A stretch of 64,000 bases of DNA from Octopus vulgaris (lineage: Eukaryota). This document shows, in pieces, positions 39,600 through 52,987 of the stretch. The stretch is from positions 131,998,001-132,062,000 of the forward strand of contig OX597817.1 of NCBI GenBank assembly GCA_951406725.2, in the 5' to 3' direction. Both the position numbers and the translations under genes were made by a program. Numbering within the stretch: the first letter of the stretch is position 1; every line of letters starts with the position of its first letter. The notes under the pieces are model-generated. The model worked only from the letters and a program-made list of their open reading frames with translations, had not been told where the DNA came from and ran no database searches.

Positions 39600-42170
39600 C
39601 GTCTTCCCATCCAAATACCCATATCAAAATCTTCGCTGTCCCCACTAAAACATCTTTCTCATCATCTTCTACCCTCACGTCGATCCGAATTTCTCCAATA
39701 AATTTTGCAAACCTGGTTGTTATCGCTCCTAATGTTTCTACTTCTGCTCTGATGACAATTACTCTTTTCCTGCAATTTCGTCTATTACTAGCTTCTACTT
39801 CTCAATTTTTTCTACTTCTTTGTCATCCACTCATTTCAAATCTCCAAATATGGCAATGTCTTTCATCTTGGTTTCCTTCATTAATTTATCAACTCCAACA
39901 ATGTCTGGCCTTCCAACATCGATTGGTAACACCTTCTGGTTTACGCTCGTACCATATTAATGTGCTTTTCAGACCCTACTTTTGTTATTGTTGTTGTTTT
40001 TGTTGTTAGCTATTCGTTTTGTCTCAAATTTTGTTGTAACTCCTGGAGTCTTGCACGCGTAGCGGGTTTGCTGCCCGCACCCAACCGTATCATGCCATCT
40101 GTTCTTTTCAGGTATCTAATACTTTCCCGATTAATCTGGCCGCGTCGAAGAGGAAAACCTTTCGTAACACCGAAACTCTATTCCGATTTCCTTGATATTC
40201 CTCTTGATGCCTTTTGATATTGTACCAAAGCATCTTACAATAATTGGCACTGTCTTAACCTTCGCTTTCCATAGACGGGTTATTTCGTACCAAATAGAAT
40301 TGTGCATTTCTTTTTGTGTGTGTGTGTGTGTGTGTTTTTTTTGCCTTCCTTCTATTCTCTCAAGGCCCCGCTTTTCGAACTTTCAAAAGTACCCTTTCGC
40401 TACCTGATCATGTCACCACAACTTGTAGTGGTTTTAAACAAGTCTAGGGCATTCGTTCGTGACACAGACAATGGTTTCATCCACACTATTGCAAATTAGC
40501 GGAGACTAAGGTTGACTCTTCAATTCGTAGCCAAATCTTTTTTTGAGCTTAGAGCTCTAGGTCTCTTTTTTTAGTGTTCCCTTCATCAGCCAATCCCACC
40601 TATTTTCCCCGGCAACTTCCGCTCTGGCTAATTGGCTGATTGTGAAGTCCCTTGTCGCGTAGTTCTTCTTTATGTCCTTTTTGCACCCCTTCCTTTGCTT
40701 TCCCTTTTTTTCTCTGCTCTCAATACACTCTCGTTCCTATCTGTCACAAGCAATGTGCCTCAAGTATTCCCAGGTATATATGGCTGGATTGAAATTGAAT
40801 TGCCATCATCATTTCACCATTTGGCAACCATATGCATTCTGTCCTGGCAAGCTTTCTTTGTCTCATCACTATCGTAGCACATTTTGAGAGTCCAATCTCC
40901 ATCTTAATAGCATTGAAGAAAACCTGCATTGACAGAACTAGGCTGTCCAGTTCTGCCTCAGTTTTTGTGAATAGCTTCAGGTCGTCCATGGATAGCAAGT
41001 GGTTCAGTTTTCCCTTACCTCTTCCCAGATCATACCCCAACTTTGTTTTCTGTAGTATTTCACTAAAAGAATATTATTATTCCTTGGTAACGCAGTGTAG
41101 GTAAATATGCACCGGAGTCATTAGTCATCAGACAAACCACAAGGACCTCAGACAGATAATAGTTTACTTAACATATGCGCTTCGCCCAATAAAGCTGCTT
41201 TTTGAAAAACATCAATCTTGCATGGGATTTCCAGTTGCCTTAAGAAGTCTTGAAGTTTCAATGGGATTGAGCCCAACGCTCCGATCACCACTGGTATCAC
41301 TTTAACCCTCATGCATTCCATACAGTCTTGTCATCTCCAATTTCAGTTCGGAGAACTTGGTGATTTTTTCAACCCCTTTACTCACAATATTCATGTCATT
41401 TGGTATGGCTACATCAATGATCTGACAGTATTTGTTTTTTCACTTAATCAATATGGCCGACGGTGTTCGATTACACGATCCGTCTGAAAATCATAGTCCC
41501 AGAGTATCGTTATTTTCCCATCTTCCTGCATAACTTTACTTGCTACATTCTCATACCAGTTCTCTGTTACTTCATATTAGTATTTACAACAAAAGAACCA
41601 ATAAAGAGACACACACACTTTATCGTGGCGGCGCTTGTATTCTTTTTTTGCAAGACTCTCATATCCACTTACCAAGTGGGTCACATCTTCCACGCTCTTT
41701 CCACAGAGTCTGCATTTCTGGGTGTCAGAAGTTATATAGATGTTATACTTTATCATTATTATTATTGTCGTTGTTGTTGCTGTTGTTGTTCTTCTTCTTA
41801 TTATTATTATTTCTTTTTATCACAGTCTTTTTGGAACTCCTGAAGTCTTGTGTGTGGAGCGGGTTTACTACCCGCAGTCTACAGTACCATGCTACCCGTT
41901 CTTTTCAGCTATCTAATACTTTCTTTATTCTAACTGTGCCAAGGAGGCAAACCTTTTGTAACAGTTCTACTGGACACTCTATTCGCTTCTGAACTAACAT
42001 TCAATAACCGTTTAGTTTGCCTACTTATCTCACCTTCTTCTCTGCCCCTGGCTTTGGGTATATGAAGTATCAGAATGACGACCAGTCCTGCACTGCTCAA
42101 CCACAGGCCACCTGCCGGGCGAAAGGCTTTCACCCTTGGTTCCAACTTCCTTAACACCATTATTCGATAC
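39600..42170 (-). pseudogene. Stack of degenerate R4/Dong-type LINE fragments (several RLE 3' ends and one RT piece)
   Basis: RPDIV..DK...DIAI.GD...KEVEKIEK (~39800-39925); LGTISK (~40220); NHLLSMDDLKLF...MEIGLSKC...YLGILE (40744-41040); further RLE ends at ~41200-41720 and QKVCLLGTVRIKKVL (~41915-41960). Confidence 0.75.
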
Positions 42171-42299
42171 ATTTGTATTAAATATTTCCACTCAATATTG
42201 AGGTTTGTGTTTTAAGGTAAGCCACCAACCCGTATTTTTATCGAGACATCATCTCTAGTAAGATTATTAACCAAGATGTAGAGCTCATTATTATTATTA

Positions 42300-42843
42300 T
42301 TGACAGCACATGCCATCAAGACAACATTGGGATACAAATATACGAAGCCTAATATATCCATCATGACTACCTGTTTGATACGAGTACACCAGGCACATGC
42401 ATCACAACCATCTGTGTACGACATGGTGATCTTATAACAAGAGGAACAGCACATGACCTTACAGGTGGTGGGGGCCTAGTTAGAATATTTTTTAAGTTGA
42501 GTAGCCCATCCCGCTCAAAAGGTCCCAGAATGAGGGTTGTTTAAGGATGATGAACAAAATACCCTTGTTTTCAGAGGTGAATTATTCAGACCTCAACGAA
42601 TTCCTCTCGATACATGGCTATAATGCTCCTCCACTATTTCTGCTCGTGATCAGAGATGCACATATCGTCAGCCATTAAGGGACATGCTCAACCGGTTACG
42701 GTCAGCAAATGACAGGCAAATCTGTGGTATTGAACAAAATGTTTGCTGTAGCCTATCTTTTATACCAAGACAAAACAATGTACATGATAACGCTTCCAAT
42801 CAGTTAAGATCAAAAGCCATGCGACCCTCTGCTTGGTATCATT
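42300..42843 (-). mobile_element. Second copy of the ~540-bp TAA-associated non-coding element
   Basis: Reverse-complement homology to 18901-19445; TAA repeats on both sides. Confidence 0.75.
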
Positions 42844-42845
42844 AC

Positions 42846-42908
<63 letters not shown>

Positions 42909-43803
42909 GTTTTTTCTTCAAATGTTCCTCCGTTTCTCGCCGAGTGTTTTCCATACACCTAGGGCAGAGAAGGGCATTGTATGCATTCCCAGATTACAGG
43001 CGCAAATTCACAGATAAAATATGTTTAAAAATTAATAAATAAATAAATTCATCGATGGATGTTATTTTCACAGCGATAGTGCTCTTCTCAGTACATGAGC
43101 CGTTCCAGTTAATACTATTTTTTGCACTTCCTGTAGGGATGGTAAGCCTGGAATCATTTTCAAATAGGTTTCAGTACCTTTTTTTATCATTCCTAGAGAT
43201 GCTACAATCACTGGTACTGTAGTCGCTTTGAGATGCCACATTTTTTCAATTTCTATTAGCAGGTCTTTATATTTACTAATCTTGTCAAATTCTTTCGCCG
43301 CTATATTGTGATCACAGGGAATACTCATGTCGATTAATAAACACATCCTTTTTGTCTGATCCTTTATAATGATATCCGGTTTATTAGCTTTTATAGTCCT
43401 GTCGGTCTGCACGAGGAAGTCCCATAGAATCGACACATTTTCTCCCTCAGTCACAGCTTCAGGATTATGTTTATACCATTTGTCAGCAGTTTTGATTTTA
43501 TAATGCCGACGTATTGTCCAATGTAAATACTGGCCGACTCTGTCATGTCTTGCTTTATATTCTGCAGGTGCTAAGACTCTACACCCTGAGATTAGGTGGT
43601 CTATTGTTTCAATCTCATCGTTACAGAATCGGCATTTTGGGCCAGCTCCATTTTTCATCACATTGGCTTGGTAGTTCCGAGTTAATAAGCTTTGGTCTTG
43701 AGCAGCTAATATGAAACCTTCACTCTCTGCTTTTAGCCATGAGTTTCGTAACCATTGGTGCGTGTGTTTCTGGTCGACATCAGCTTGTTTGCTATGGACC
43801 ACA
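42909..43803 (-). mobile_element. 5'-truncated R4/Dong-clade non-LTR retrotransposon inserted in (TAA)n
   Basis: ORF end plus ~160-bp 3' UTR; (TAA)n arrays at 42844-42908 and 43805-43918 on the element strand. Confidence 0.9.
43068..43802 (-). CDS. R4/Dong ORF C-terminus: CCHC zinc knuckle plus PD-(D/E)xK restriction-like endonuclease (partial, uninterrupted 244 aa)
   Basis: AAQDQ, CRFC...ETIDHLISGC, RHD, LWDF..TDR..ANKPDII...LLID.SIP.D...KE.DK..KY.DL, PVIV..LG motifs. Confidence 0.9.
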   Translation of the reverse strand: MVHSKQADVDQKHTHQWLRNSWLKAESEGFILAAQDQSLLTRNYQANVMKNGAGPKCRFCNDEIETIDHLISGCRVLAPAEYKARHDRVGQYLHWTIRRHYKIKTADKWYKHNPEAVTEGENVSILWDFLVQTDRTIKANKPDIIIKDQTKRMCLLIDMSIPCDHNIAAKEFDKISKYKDLLIEIEKMWHLKATTVPVIVASLGMIKKGTETYLKMIPGLPSLQEVQKIVLTGTAHVLRRALSL

Positions 43804-43808
43804 TATTA

Positions 43809-43848
<40 letters not shown>

Positions 43849-44011
43849 CATTATTATTATTGTTATTTTTGTTGTTGTTGTTGTTATTGTTATTGTTGTT
43901 ATTATTATTATTATTATTCAGTAGTTTTATTTTTATAGCGTGCTTTCACTTCACTACCGAGCGCAGCTCTGTGTGCCTTGGGTATGTGTTGTGATTTGTT
44001 GTGATGCTCTG

Positions 44012-44076
<65 letters not shown>

Positions 44077-44686
44077 TCCTATTGTTACTGTTGTTGTTGT
44101 TATCATTATCATTATTGCTATTATCATTGCTACTTTTTAATCATGAGACCTATAACAGAATATGGCTTTCGACATTATTCTTAGAAAAGATTACGTTACT
44201 ATGATTCCAATTATCTTATACACCTTCAAGACTGGTTGGCTGGACAACAACGGAGATTCTTGACAACTTTTGCATGATTAACCTTTTGAGAGTTTTCTAC
44301 TTCAAAAATTGCTTTCAATTTATTCTCTGGAAATTCTTCAACCTTTATGCAATGCAAGTTTGCAAAATATATTAAGAATATCTATGCAGGAAAAATTATC
44401 TTACCAGCGAGTAGAAGGCAAGGCCATTAATTTTCTGAAGGTTTTGGATTATCTGAGACTTGAAATAAACAGTTGCAGAAGAAAATACATGTATTTCAAG
44501 CTGTTTGTTCTCTTCAGCTATATTCTCCATTTTCTACTGAGCGATGAGGACAATTACAGTTTTGGTTCCTTAGTTATAAAGTCTCCTCCAATTTTGGTTG
44601 AAGATTGTGAAGAACTTTCCCTCATATAGAAGTATAATTAGTGCCACGTTTCTTCGGTCTCGTTTTCGCTTGCACACATATGAGTA

Positions 44687-44752
<66 letters not shown>

Positions 44753-44819
44753 GTTAGCTAGATAGATAGCTATCTCTATGGTTTAATATACGAATGGTTT
44801 TAATATATGGCAAATAATA

Positions 44820-45081
44820 ATAATGGTATTTATATAAGCTTAAATCTCATAGCGATGACCGTGCAATTACTAGCAAAAATTGTCTAATAAAGGGGCATAT
44901 AACCGACGACAGAAAAAAGAAAGCTTTCCTATTCGCGAGGGAATCGAACCCACATCCCTTTGTTAACACGACTAGGAAAGCTTTGTATTTTCTGTCGTGA
45001 GCTTATGTGCCCCTTTATTAGACCATTTCCTTTGTCATTGCAACGTGATCGCCATGAGCTTTAAGCTTATATAAAAATACC

Positions 45082-45086
<5 letters not shown>
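44820..45086. repeat. Fold-back element with ~110-bp arms and a 43-nt loop holding a tRNA B-box fragment
   Basis: ATAATGGTATT...AAGCTTTCCT pairs with AGGAAAGCTT...AATACCATTAT; loop has GGGAATCGAACCC. Confidence 0.8.
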
Positions 45087-45136
<50 letters not shown>

Positions 45137-45412
45137 TTGTATGCACGTGTGTATATGTGTGTGTATGTGTACGTGTGTGTGTATGTGTGTATGTGTACGT
45201 ATGCTAATGTGAGGAAAAATACTGTATATATTCAATATATTGTTGGAACAGTGACTGAGTCATGAATTCCAAAGAAATAAAAAATTAATGCATGCATACA
45301 TACAAAGACATAGAAACAGACGCATACACACACACGCGCGCAAACACACACACACACAGAGCTAGTTAACTACCTAGGTAGATGGCTTATCAGATAGTTG
45401 GACAGAAGATTA

Positions 45413-45460
<48 letters not shown>

Positions 45461-45946
45461 TTAGGATGGTAGATGTTAGGTATTTAGTTGCTAGGTAGTA
45501 GGTAGGTAGGTAGGTAGGTAGGGATGGAGGGAGGGAGGGAAGGAGGGAGGGAGGGAGAAGATTGTACTATGAAGAGTCTACTCTCTGTTCAGAATCTGAA
45601 CAATTTTCAGCAACTACAAAATTTCTTCAAAGTCAGTGGAAGTTCACAATTGATTATTTCTCCCTAAACCTGTAACTTTGCCGATGTCTAACACACGTGT
45701 TAGATTTCAAAACATTGGCATCCAATAATTGGTCATTCGGCTAATCATCAAAAAGTTGCTCCCCCAACGGATTTTAACCCCCGTCTCCCAGACATATTGT
45801 CCCCAATTTCTGCCATTTCTGTTGCAAGTACAATGGCTTTTAAGGCTCTAAACTAGTGAGTCTCATACCTCCTTCCCTAAGGCAAATCTAATTTATTTGT
45901 CTTTCGTTGCTGTGTTACCCATATTTTGTCCAACTCCTGCTCTTAC

Positions 45947-46045
45947 ATTAACCGCAGTCCTTTCAAATTAATCTCAGTCCCTTTGCATTAACCACAGTAA
46001 TTTTTTATCAACGACAGTCCTTTTACATTAGCCACAGTCCTTTCC
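45947..46045 (+). repeat. Degenerate ~20-bp minisatellite, ~5 units (TTAACCACAGTCCTTTTACA-like)
   Basis: ttaaccgcagtcc, ttaatctcagtcc, ttaaccacagtaa, tcaacgacagtcc, ttagccacagtcc. Confidence 0.65.
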
Positions 46046-46934
46046 TTCCCTGAATAGCAGCCCTTTGGAATTTCCAGCCTGCCATTTTTCCTGCTGTCAT
46101 CGGTGAGCATCTCTTCAAGTGGAACATTGCAATAAATAAATAAATACTTTAAATTTCTCAATATAAATATCCGGAGTTTTGTGAAAGTGTAATTTAATAA
46201 GTGTTATAATAATAATGAAGGAAAATCTCTCATAAAATAGTTGTTATTACTTGTTTAAACTTATATATTCTTTTTAATGTTGCTTTTCTCCTTTCAATGA
46301 TTTATAGCGTGTTTCAACTGTCTGTATTGGTAATTTAGTGACACAGCTTTAAGGTAAATTGAAACTAACGAGAAATCGATGTAAACTCTGGCAAATCACT
46401 TTACTGAGAACAAGCATTATCAACACATAAATATATTTATGGAGAAAGGTTTCGCCTTTAATATTTTCACAAGGACGAGGGGAAACAACCTTGACATTTA
46501 ACTATCCCTTTATACCTCAAAACTGGTAACTCCGATGTCGCTAATATTTCTGCAGTTTTAGGCATCTTGAAGAGCAGACATACAACGCCACCTGGTTTAA
46601 TACCAACTAACTGACTCTTTGTAACTTCAGCGCTGTTCACTTTGGTCAAGTATTTCGTCCAGTTCTTTGGCTTTAGGACATATCTCTTGATTCACTTCTT
46701 CCATCCTACCTGTGGGATGTGGATTCCTCCAGTCTTTTTCCTCCCTCAAAACTCAGATAACTTGAAAACTGCTACGGTCATTGACATTCCACTTCTGATT
46801 TAACTATAGAAATATGGTGAGTTACTAGTTGTCATTAACGGGTGACAGGAGCAACATTTAGGTAAAAAAAAAGCAACTCTTTTTCGAGCAGAGAGTCATG
46901 GATGAATCGCTTCTAATATAAGTGAGCTCATTAA

Positions 46935-47140
46935 AGCAATGATCTGGCAGAATCGTAAGCACTTCGAACAAGATGCTTGGCGGCATTACGTCCAACTTTA
47001 CGCACTGAGTTTAAATTCCGCAGAGGTCGAATTTGTCTTACATCCTCTCTGGGTGAATAAAATAAGCACTAATGAAATAAGCACCATCGACTTACACCCT
47101 CTCATCCGAAAGCTCTGGCCTTGTGCCAAAATTTGAAACT
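46935..47140 (+). mobile_element. SINE family A, degenerate (similar + copies at ~48085-48230 and ~49320-49540)
   Basis: CTGGCAGAATCGT head, GAGTTTAAATTCCGCAGAGGTCGA core. Confidence 0.6.
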
Positions 47141-47634
47141 ACTACAAATGAGCTCATTATCATTAATCGTAAAGGAAGTGCAGTAATGGTGTAACTGCCA
47201 GGCATATTTCTATTTCCAGCGGGAAGCTTGGACGTACGACGTAAACTTATGCTTCTGACGTCTCTCTTTTTATCTGGGATAATTCCAGTTCAATGTTTCC
47301 GAGCAAACAGAATACTCATCAACCAAAATAATGCTTCAACAGACATGGTATCTATGACAAAAGAGAAATGATCATTCTAGCGTATTATCTGTGCGACCGG
47401 AATTAACATCAAAATACGTTGAATTCTTTTCAAACAAAGTGATATAACTTCCGACACTTTTTGCTCGTCCATGTACTTGAATACTAAATAGATGTAAATC
47501 ATTTTTTATACTTACTCATTGATTTATGGTTTATATATTATGCATTTATGATATCTTTATATAAATAATATAAAGTATCATATTTCCTAATAAAATAATT
47601 TCCATATTAAATATTTATATTATTATTTATATTA

Positions 47635-47900
47635 GGCGCAGGAGTGGTTTTGTTGTAAGTAGCTTTGCGTACCAGCCACATGGTTCCGGGTTCAATGCTA
47701 CTGCGTGGCACCTTGGGCAAGTGTCTTCTACTATAGCCTCGGATCGACCAAAGCCTTGTGAGTGGATTTGGTAGACGGAAAGTGAAAGAAGCTCGCCGTA
47801 TATATATATATATATATATATATATAATGTATTTGTATGTATGTATGTTTGTGTCTGTGTTTGTCCTCCACCATCGCTTGACAACCGATGCTCGTGTGTA
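47635..47900 (+). mobile_element. SINE family B, 3'-truncated
   Basis: GGCGCAGGAGTGG head, GGCACCTTGGGCAAGTGTCTTC core. Confidence 0.85.
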
Positions 47901-48312
47901 CCACAATTAAAATAAACGATGTGCATCGCACCTATGTTTCCTAGTGGTGACCCATGTATGTACTAAATAGGATCCACGTTGATTCATTTCACTGATTGAA
48001 CGAAACCTTGCCCCCGTTTTGCAGATTTTTTAAAATGTCGACTGAAGTAAATACATTTTATATCTTTTGTTTTGATATTTTACTTTCCAGGTTCAAGTTC
48101 CGCTGAGGTCGATTTTTCTTTTCAAAGACAAGTGCATTACAAAATAAGTATCAGTCTGTTGCTGGGGTCAACATAATCAATTATTCCTTCCTTATAAATT
48201 TCAGGTCTTTTATATCTGTTTGAAACTAAATTGGTGAATCCCATGAAGAGTTTGGTCAAATAAAATACCATTCATTACTGAAGTCGCTTGTTTTGTTTTC
48301 TTCTATTGGCAG

Positions 48313-48419
48313 ACTCCGCAGTTCGACCCTGCATGAGAACCGCAGACAACAATGGTGATTGGGGAGAACCTATCATCGATGGATGTATATCATTGTCTCT
48401 CCTAGAGCTGAAAAATGAG
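48313..48419 (+). CDS. Internal exon (107 nt, phase 1/0): C-terminal half of the HRM domain and start of a following helix (GAIN-like)
   Basis: TTTTCTTCTATTGGCAG acceptor, GAG|GTTAGT donor. In phase with exon 33750-33869. Peptide DSAVRPCMRTADNNGDWGEPIIDGCISLSLLELKNE fits A-x-R-x-C...G-x-W-x2-P-x4-C. Confidence 0.85.
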
Positions 48420-49847
48420 GTTAGTTATTTACGTCTGAACATATTCTAAACACACACCTATTTAAATATTTATATTTTAATACAAATATTTCAAAACAAA
48501 TAAATAGCACGAGATCGTTATTGTTCAATTGCAGTTTACTAGATTTAATCGTTTGAAATATGTTTTTATTCCGTTTTACTTGCAATTGATCTTATATAGT
48601 CTATTAAAACATATAAATGAATTAGAGACAGAATTTGCAATCTAACAGTTTATTTCAATACGAATTTGTGTTATTTCCTGTTTAGCTTTTATGATAAAAG
48701 AAATCTCTCGATATATTCACTACCAAATGTATTTCAGAAAAAAAAAATTACATATTTATTACGAAAAGAAGTTGAAAATGCACTCGGAGTGTTCAAAAAG
48801 ATATTTTCATATTTACCTGTTTCACAAGTTCATGAGTTTCAAAAAATGTAGTGCAGACAGAAGGTCTATTGAGAAAAACATTTTAAAGTTTGATGTAGAA
48901 ATATCTTTCATCTCTCTGTATTATTACAAAAAAAAAGGAAAAATAACTAATAAATTTATTCGTACATCAACCAGAGATATATTATGTACTTTTAAAGAGA
49001 TACAAATGGAAAATATTAAAATTTACTTACGTTGCATTATGTTCAGTTATATAAAATATACATATACAAATATATATATATTTAAAATATACATATACAA
49101 ATATGCTAATATATATATATAGCGTTAAGTTATACGACTTTGTACATGTAATTAATGTATATACGACTATTAGAATACACAACAAAAATGCTAAGTTTAA
49201 CGAATTTTATTCAATAGATTTTACTATTTGCTCATCCTCCGTCTGCTAATCAAAACAGTGATAAATTTTCACTAATGTAACTCTTTGACAACAGGTAATA
49301 ATATATTTGTCATTCATCAGGCGGTGAGCTGGCATATTCGTTAGCACACCGGACAAAAATTCTTGGCGATATTTCATCCGTCTTTACTTTCCGAGTTCAA
49401 ATTCTGTTGCGGCCGAGTTTGTTATTCATGATTTTGGAGTCGATAAATTAAGTACTAGTTGAGGAATAGAATCGATGAATTCGACTTAACGCCTCTCCTG
49501 AAGTTGCTAGCCTTATGCCCAAATCTCCAGCTAATATATGTGTCGTTCGTCTATGAAATACCAATGCAACCATTACATGATTACTCGAAATTATTGATGC
49601 AGTTAGTCTAAACCTCTTTAATTTCTGCTGTTATTTCTCTTTGATATATCTACTAACCTTACTAACCAAGATATCTGTCTTTAATGCTGAGGAGAAGATA
49701 GACAGCCGACAACTGATGAAGCGTCGTTCTTTATGTTACTTGTCTTGTTTTCCATTTATTTCTCTCGTTGTTTATATACCCCAAGTTTGTCTTCGCATTT
49801 CATGTTTACGTTTTGTGACATCTTGTACCCATATATACGTCATGTAC

Positions 49848-49896
<49 letters not shown>

Positions 49897-49932
49897 CACA
49901 TATATATATATAAACACACATATATATATATT

Positions 49933-49964
<32 letters not shown>

Positions 49965-50012
49965 CGTGCATTTTATTATTTTATTTATATTATGTATATA
50001 TATATATATATT

Positions 50013-50066
<54 letters not shown>

Positions 50067-51775
50067 TGTAGGTTCAAACATCAATACCGTTTTTTCAAAG
50101 CCTTTCCGGATAATATTTCCTTTTCCGGACCAGAAGTCGTCAGCTTGATCAACACACTCTGAATTTAACAAATATTAAATTTATTTAAATAATTAAATAA
50201 AATACCGGCAAGTGTAAATTAGTCAAATTAGTGCGGATTATATGAGGTTCCCGACTATCAATATCCGGATAGCAGGTACAGTACCTGTCCATATGCATGT
50301 TACTTTCATACCGATATATTATTTATACTTGATACAGCACCAATCCTTCCATTTAGCTCTTCATTCTGCAGTCAACTCTTACCGACGATTATGCAACATT
50401 TCGTCCACATGGAGCGATCGCTACATGCAAGTTAATGAACTGGAATAGATTCACTCCATTACATCTTTGCCCCACGCTGAAACGCACAAACGATAATTTG
50501 CTTGCTCTTACATATTTAATGCACTAAAGGAAGGTGTAATTGCCAAACGAACGTCAAGCTAAACTAGAACGTATCTAGTTAAATCCTAATGTTTTTCATT
50601 GAGTGCTTAGTTTGTATATAGAGAAAAAAATGTTATTCTATAATCGCCACAAAAATTAACATATGGTATTCCATTCCGAGCTGAAGTTCCAAAGCTATCG
50701 CTCTTGGACAAAGCATGAACATCACAAAATACACTTACGCTTTCACAAATAATATGTTCTCGTATGTCTGTGTCAGAAATCAATGAGAGTGACCTTTATT
50801 TGATCGATCTTGAAAGAGAGAATTATATTATTATTAGCGTTTAACACTTATCAATACATCCTGTAGCAATGTCCTGATCTGAACAAATTGTCTGCTCCAC
50901 TCATCAGACAAAACCAGACTATGTTAGACGTTTGTATTTATGTTTTTGTTTCATTGTGAATTCGGCCCATTAATTATCCAAAAGCTGCCTGCCACCAGAG
51001 GAAGCTAAAATTACGTCAAATATCAGATACTTTACACAAACACAGAGACCATCAATGATAACATCATAGTTTATGGTAGATTGGTGCAGTAACTTTCCAC
51101 GGGTTTATTAACAACGTCTAAAATATTTAACATGTCTACATGTATGGATGTGTAGGTCTGCGTGCGTGCACGAATGTGTATGTGAGTAAATGTGTGTTTT
51201 AGCATGACAGAGATACTCTCCGTTTGCCAAGATGCGTTTGTGCTGGAGTGGGTTTTATTTATGAATGTGTATTCCAGAGTTTCTATGGTTGCATGTACGG
51301 GACTTCGTACATGTATATGTGCGTGTGTGTGTGCATGTATGTGTGTGTGTGTGCGTGCGTGCGCGCGTGCGTGGTTTTGCGTTAGAAAATGTCTTTTCGG
51401 CCTGGCTGTGTGTTTGCATAAGTGAATAGTTTCGTGTATCTCATACAATGCGTAGAATAAATTCAATTAACTCGGACATCTTTGCAATTACAAGACAAAA
51501 GCTTTCAACGATGTCTAAAATTTAGATTTTAAAGAGAGTTAACTTCAATAATATCAGTTATTTTAATTTTTAGGAGAAATAACGAGAGAGCAACTAGAGT
51601 GTTTTTATTTATGTTCCAGAGAATTGGTTTGGTTCTTGTCTTCAAAAATAAACGGTGGAGACAGTGGACATGTTTCGATCTTCTTGAGTCTCATCAGTGA
51701 AGTACATGTATTGTTTGTTGGCAAGGCATGGAGATAATCATATATATGTATATATGTGCGTACACACATACACAT

Positions 51776-51861
<86 letters not shown>

Positions 51862-52794
51862 GGGTAGATAGATAGATATAGAAAGTAGTGATGCTGAATA
51901 TTCTGTAAAGTAACTTGAGGAAGCGTTGTTCACATTAAATACACGTAGGAAAGAATCTAAGGGTTTTTTTCATATATCATGATGTGACGCAACAGGACAC
52001 TTCTTCGGAAACGTGGGTTTTCTCTTCTACCTTCATTGAGCGTTTCAGATCCTTCGACAATAAGATATATTGTCACCCAGGTAACTCATAAAACGATCAA
52101 ATACCAGGTTGTGTTTAGCAAGTACCAACCTGAGTAGCACTACCCCTTTTAGGACTCACACTCTCTGATCTACAACCACCTACAAGCACACTCTGCTCTC
52201 TCCACACCCAACGTGACGGCCTTCAACCAACTGGCCCCAGTGATGCCGAGAATGTTGAAAGCCTGGTAGAGGAACTGGCCAGCAAACACTCATTCATCTC
52301 GGTTCTAAGGAATCCCATCTTGCGACCTGTTGTTTTGGCATGACGCCACTACCTCAGAATAGATCTTTATACAGAGCTGAAATTCTTTCATCGGCTGAAA
52401 CTCTCCTCCCAATCAGATGACAAAAAGAACCTAAGAGGTGTGCTTAAAATGTACAAAGAACGAGCAAGGTTAACTTATGATCTGTCCATTAAAGGCAACG
52501 TGCCCTTCAGTATAGAAAGAAGGAAGGATGTTTGCAGGGGATGAAATGGAAGATGAGGAGAGAGGAGAATCTACATGATAAGGATAGAAAGAGAGTACGA
52601 GGACGGTATGAAACGGGTGAGACAAACTAGGTAGAATGTAGTTAGAGAAAAATGGAAATTATACAGTAAAGCAGAGGATAACGATGGAAGACACAGACAC
52701 AGACAGACACACACACTCACACTCGTACTCACGCACACACATACGCACACGCTTACAGACACACATATAATTCTTTAACAGAAATAGCATTGGG

Positions 52795-52987
52795 TAAATG
52801 TGACCTCGTGTGTACCGTTGGCGATTTTTCTCTCCTCTGTCTTCCCTTCTCCTATGTTTCTGACGAAGAGCTCCGCTCGAAACGTTAAGCCCTCCTTCTT
52901 TCCTTCTTTCCTGAGCGTCCAATAATACTATATTTGTTCCACGTCCTCGCGCTGTTGTGTTTTTTTGTTTTTCTTGTTTGGATTAAC

